A stretch of DNA of 64,000 bases from Paraspadella gotoi (Eukaryota; Animalia; Chaetognatha), in NCBI GenBank assembly GCA_051294375.1, contig CM119269.1, positions 18,464,471-18,528,470 of the forward strand, read 5' to 3'. The first letter of the stretch is position 1. Every line of letters starts with the position of its first letter. The notes below the pieces were generated by a model. It did no database searches and had not been told where the DNA came from. It saw only the letters and a list, made by a program, of their open reading frames with translations. Position numbers and translations under genes: made by a program. Shown one piece after another: positions 1 through 64,000 of the stretch.

Positions 1-175
1 TCGCGATCGGCGGATCCCGTCGTCGAAATGGACGTTATCACGCCAAAAAAAAAGAAGAACGCCGCTTTTTGGCGCTACTCCGAGCTTCGAGGATCTCCGG
101 CGCTGAACTCTGGGAGGCGCCGCGTTTATGGAATCGATCGGATTGAGGAACGAGGAATCCGAACGACGTGATTAG
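1..175 (+). CDS. Possible final coding exon of a neighbouring convergent gene
   Basis: GC-rich, CpG-rich like the exons elsewhere in the window, with an open frame ending at about 170 followed by AT-rich UTR-like sequence. No recognisable motif. Confidence 0.3.
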
Positions 176-1180
176 ACGATAAAACGTCTCTCTCCACACC
201 CCCCCCCAATGTCTAGTTTCGCCACAAAAAAAAAAGGGAAACTAAAACCAAAACAAAAAAACATTTCTCGTCAATTATCGATTTTTTGGCGCCGAACTTT
301 TTGGTCCCTCGTGATGATATCTTCTTTTTGTTTTCTTTTGATTCAATCTGTATTTAATTTTTGTGTACATAAAGAAAGAAAACACAGGGATGAAACTTTT
401 TTTCGCGTGGATTTTTTTGTGAATTTGGGACGAAGAGTTAGAAATATTTAAACAGCTTTAAAGCTGCGAAGTTAAATCCTCCAGATGTTTTAATTTTTTT
501 TTTTTTTTTAAAGGTTCACGAAAAAAAATTAACTAACCAGATAATTCAGCGGTTTCTTGCTGGTGCAACAGACAGACCGACTTGGAAAGACCGTAAACTC
601 GTGCGTCTTGTGGGTTGTGAGTGGTAAATGGAGAGTAAAGGAGGAGACAGTGGAAAATAATGTATACGTAGAGGATGTATGGATGGATGGATGGATGGAT
701 GGATGGATGTGTGGAGACTTTACTTGATGGGATTAAGTGGTTGTTTGATGATCGAGTTGTAAAGTTGTTGTTGTTGAGGTTGTTGTTGTTGTTGTTTAGG
801 CCGCTAAAGATGGATGGATGGATGGATTAATGGATTGATGAGTGGATGGATAGATGGATGAATGGATAAATGGATGGATGGATGGAGGTAACAGAATATA
901 AATTTAGAGAAAAGACTGTTGGGATTAAGGATTTGGTAAAACATGTTGCGGAGAAGAGGAAAAGAGAGGAGAAATAAAAGGGAGAGAGAAAAAGAGGCGA
1001 AATGAAATGAAATGAAATAAGGAATAAGTAGGTTAAAATGGTATTTTATTAATATTTTTATTATAATTTTCAAGGCTTAAATGAAAAGTTTATTTCTAAG
1101 AATCGCGATATATATCAATTCATGATTGGAAAATGGAAACGGAATATTTTGTTGCCAATTATATGCATTTTTAACGTCAG

Positions 1181-1268
1181 TGGGACAGACCGACGGGCAG
1201 ACATACCGACGGACCGACCAACAGAAAAGTGACTTATAGAGTTGCTCCTCGAGTACTCGCGGCGCTAC
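1181..1268 (+). mobile_element. Second degenerate copy of the same HINE-like element end
   Basis: Shares accgacggaccgac...aaagtga(c/a)ttatagagt with 5401-5431, followed by the palindrome cgagtactcg. Confidence 0.4.
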
Positions 1269-2118
1269 CCCCCACTCCCCCTCTGTCCCTTTCTCCCTCT
1301 ATTTTCGCCTTCTTTTTTCGAACAACATTCCGGCTGCAGCCTTTCAAAGCTTTGTCTTCTTTAAAAGTGAGATAGAACCTTTGTTGGACGAATATCTTTC
1401 GAGTCAATTGCAATTTCTTATCTAACCTGACCTCCCAAGAAGAACTAATATACTCATCATCTCTAACCTTTAATTACAATTTTTCTCTAATTAAAAAATA
1501 GAATCTTGACTACTTTATCACATCGCGTTTTAAAAATATGTAATTTTTTTTTTCAATTGATTACAAAAATATTTACAGCAAAATATGCTAATGGATAATA
1601 TGAACAACTGGACTGGCTGAAAAGAATGAAATCATGGCAGTTGACAACAATTTTTTTTTTTTCGAAAGTGACTAGATAAGGATGTTTATCTCGTTTTTCA
1701 TGATCCAAAAGTTTTTTCTCCTATGTATAAACGTAATTAATATAAATGATTAATTCAAATTACGAGATAAATTATTCAAAATGGAGATAAAAGGATAAGA
1801 CAGAGCGCTTGTGTTACTTAAAATGTAGCTAGTGAGAAAAAAAGGGGAATCGTTAGAAAATTGTTGAGAATCGGGCAAGTGTTTTCACTTGAAGCTAAAA
1901 ACATTTTTTGTGTCATGCAAATGTTTCGAGGTCGCGGCTGTCATCAGTTTGTCATCAAATTAAATGATTAATTGCTCCTGGGTCGGTTTAGGTCAGTTTA
2001 AGTTCATTTTTCGCAAGTTCAAAAAAAATCCAAATTCAAAATATTCAACGATGATAACAAATGTTTTCAGCAGATATATATATATATAATTATATATATA
2101 TATATCAAGCCTTAAAAG

Positions 2119-49153
<47,035 letters not shown>

Positions 49154-52100
49154 CGTTTATCACGACGCCGGGATAAATGTCGGCGTCGGCGGCAGCTGCG
49201 GCGGCGTGATGCGGCTGGGACGAGGCTGCGGAGACGAACTTTTGTGTCAGTGGACCGAGGATCGATTCTGTATGAGGGAAAGTTTCTAAGGTGTTTGAGA
49301 GGCTAAAGTGGTTAGAATTAATTTTATTGTAGAGCGGAAGAGGGTTTATATCAATTAACTAATTGACATCATTTAGATCATTAACATGAACGGTTCAGCT
49401 TGATATATTTAAACTTCCTGTATTAAAATAGATTCTTACCAGAAGATTTCATGACAAGAGTAGAAAATAGACTCGGATTAGTTTAAAAATATAATTCCGG
49501 ATTTTTGCCGCGAAGAAATACATTTGTCTTTGGCCTTCAGCTTTTTTTTGGCGGGTTAGTAGTCAAGTCGAGATTAATTCCTGAATTAGAGTAAAACAAA
49601 AATTGCCATGTAAAAAATGTTTTTTTCCTCATGATTGAAAAAATCGCGTTTTTTATTTGTTTCTAAGAAACTTGATGAAAACAAAACAGAAAGGTAAGCA
49701 AATTCCGATGTGTAAGTTATTCTTTATTACTATTATTCCACCATTGGCATAAATTAATATACTAGTATTCGTCCGTCGCAATTTTTGGTTTTGATTTTTC
49801 TCTCCTGCGGCGAAATTGGCTTTCAGAGGTTCTGAAGGTCGATGCTCCGTTCGACTCTCGCTTCTCAATGTCATTCGATGGAACGGAACGAACCCATAGG
49901 TAAGGACGAGCGAGGTAAGGCAGACGGTCCGGGCGAGGAAGAGGAGGACGAGAGAGAGATTGGAGAAATAGGTATGCGGGAGCAGAGAGACGATGTCACG
50001 TAAACTGAGGGTCACGAGTTCACCAAATAATAAACTAATTGCGGTCGAGTCTTCGAAGGGTGAATTTTAAAGTTAATCCCATATAATGACCATGTTTCCC
50101 CGATAAAGTAAGTCGAGGGTTCGCGAACGGCCAAAGAGTTTGGGGGGTTGTCATGACGCAATGGAAAGAGAGAGACTCCGTATATCGTCTTTTTGCCGAG
50201 GATCTTCATGTTTGGTCGGCATCGCATTGAGGCCACTCGATCTGACGTCGAGACGATTCTAAAGAAATTAAAATGAAAGCGGGACGAAATGAGAGCCCGG
50301 GGACGACGTTAGGAGACGAAACTCTCAAACCTCTTGGCAGAGTTTTTTTTTCTCCGTCGCCGTCACCCCATTAATAGAGCAATGTTTGATCGACGAAAAA
50401 GACGAAGAAAAAAAAAGCCTTGGCGGCCTTCGGGATTCTTCAGAGATAAGGAAACTCCTTTTGGTCAAGATTAGGAAAGAAGGAAGCAAATGGAGGGAAT
50501 GTTTAAAGTGAAGAAAAACTAAGCCCTTTCCTTTCTATGCTTCTTGCAATCGTGCAACGTAGAATATTGTGAAAACTCTTTGAAATTTGTTTACGTTATC
50601 CATTCTTGGCCATTGGCCATTGGACAACACTTTAATAGTTTTTATTTCGTTTTGTTGTCTTTCATATCTATTACAATTTAGTATCAAGGCCTACATGAGT
50701 ATAACTCGAACCCTGCATTTAAATGTTGAACGTTAACTACAGCAGAGATTGACATTGTTCATTTGTCTTCACTAACATGTCCCGAAGTAGCATTTCCCGA
50801 ACAACAGTGGCTAGAATCGTCTTGCTCTTTCGTCAATCCTTGTCTTATTCTCCGCACAGAGGATGAGCGGCCTTATCCTTCACCCTACCCCTTTCCACCC
50901 CCTTTCTCCTCAGCCTCCTTCCCATCGCGATGCTGATCACGCAATGCGGTGGCAACCAGGATTAAACATTGTCGAATCGAGAAAAAAAACCGCATCCGAA
51001 ACGGGAGAATCCTCGTCGTTCATTGGCGGGAAAAAACGCTGACGGAACGCGCTACGATTGGCCGGGAGTACTTTTCGCGTCGAAAGAGAGGGCCACTAAA
51101 TTGAGTTTCGTCTTGCGCGAAATGAAGGATGGAAGGTTCGGTTCGGAAGTTGGGGTGGTGGTAGTGGGCGGGGTTGTGGAGAGCTTTAACGAATTTTAAA
51201 TTTAGCCGCCCAACATTTCCCCCGTCAAGTGCCATGTGCTTCGGAGGGATCGGGAGTAAAGGGTTCGTAGCTTTTACGAAAAAATTCGAATAAACTGGCG
51301 GACTGCAGTATTTACAATGGTTACTATCTCTATTTTTAGCAAAAGTTCTCTGAAACCAAACTATCGTAAAATACGCCAATAATTGTTTTAAATAGTTTTT
51401 ATTCCTATAAAGTTAACAAGTATAACAATCACATGATAGTACAAACATACCAAATTAACATTTTCATGTTCACCCCACATAACAAACATCATTTGTTAAT
51501 GTTGCAGGGGATACACAAAAGATGGGTTCAATTCAAAACTAAAATGTTATTTCTATAAGAAAGTAAGGGTCGATCAAATCACAGACGAAGCGTTACAGAA
51601 TAACCTACCCGGCTCTCTTTTCATTAATGTAATGATCACGCGTACAACGTCCAGATGAACGAACAGGTTTCAAATCAGGGCTCTTAAATAGTTTTTATAA
51701 ATATATAGATGCATCAGAAAAAAAAAAACAAAAGCAAAAATAAAGATACAAAGGAAGAAAATTTACCTAGAACTAATATACGGTTTTTGGTTTTCACTAA
51801 AGAGTAAAAAAAATTACGTGACTCCTGGTTTTAATTAGGAAAATAGGTTGGTAAAAAAATAATAACGCGTCGTATAAAGATTCAAATAAAATTAAAACAA
51901 AAATTATTTACTGTTGCATCGACCATTGATTCAGTGTGGCAACTTATCAGGTAAATCAAATCCGTAATCAATTTTCTTCAATAAAAAAATTTTCTTCAAT
52001 AAAAAAATTTAAATTTTTTCGATTACCTTTTGTAAATCCCAACTAGAAAGTTAATGTTGGATAATATCGTCCTGATAATATTACGGCTCTGACACTAAGT

Positions 52101-52366
52101 TCGAATTCTAAAACGGTTCGGACTATCAATTTTTTCTTCAAAATAATAAGGCGTGGCTGGAATTTTCAAGGAGTACTAAGGAGTAAATGGATCGAAGGGC
52201 AAGGGTAAATTAGAGGGGGAAAGCGGGTTGGGTAGGTGGGTTGGAAAGGGGTTGGGAGAGGAGGAACGGCTTGGTAGAATGACGGGGAAGATCTTGTGTC
52301 CACAAAGTTCCAGGGACGTCTACGCCGTTTCACCCGACTAAGTCAATAGCGCTATATTTTTTTGTT

Positions 52367-64000
<11,634 letters not shown>

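Overview
Eukaryotic, probably invertebrate animal, genomic DNA with AT-rich short introns, GC-richer exons, many (GA)n/(TTTC)n/(GGAT)n microsatellites and five small N-gaps. Most of the window (about 2.1-49.2 kb, minus strand) is one multi-exon four-domain voltage-gated sodium-channel-family gene with a D-E-E-A selectivity filter and an MFL inactivation motif (Nav2/DSC1/BSC1 type). Upstream on the same strand is a CHD1/CHD2-type chromatin remodeller (about 52.4 kb to beyond the window end). The channel gene hosts at least two antisense nested genes: an intronless 850-aa multi-TM XK-related (Xkr scramblase-like) ORF, possibly with a tandem degenerate second XK domain, in the intron after DIV-S6, and a five-exon C7orf57-like gene in a 14-kb DI pore-loop intron. 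The most unusual splicing signal is a pair of duplicated 171-nt exons encoding two divergent versions of the domain II voltage sensor (S2-S3-start of S4). There is also an in-frame alternative terminal exon candidate that would delete the EF-hand/IQ tail, and a candidate 27-nt microexon. About 30.2-39.6 kb looks like low-accuracy gap-fill sequence and includes an indel-riddled inverted copy of channel exons. All calls come from manual translation and motif recognition; no database search was run.
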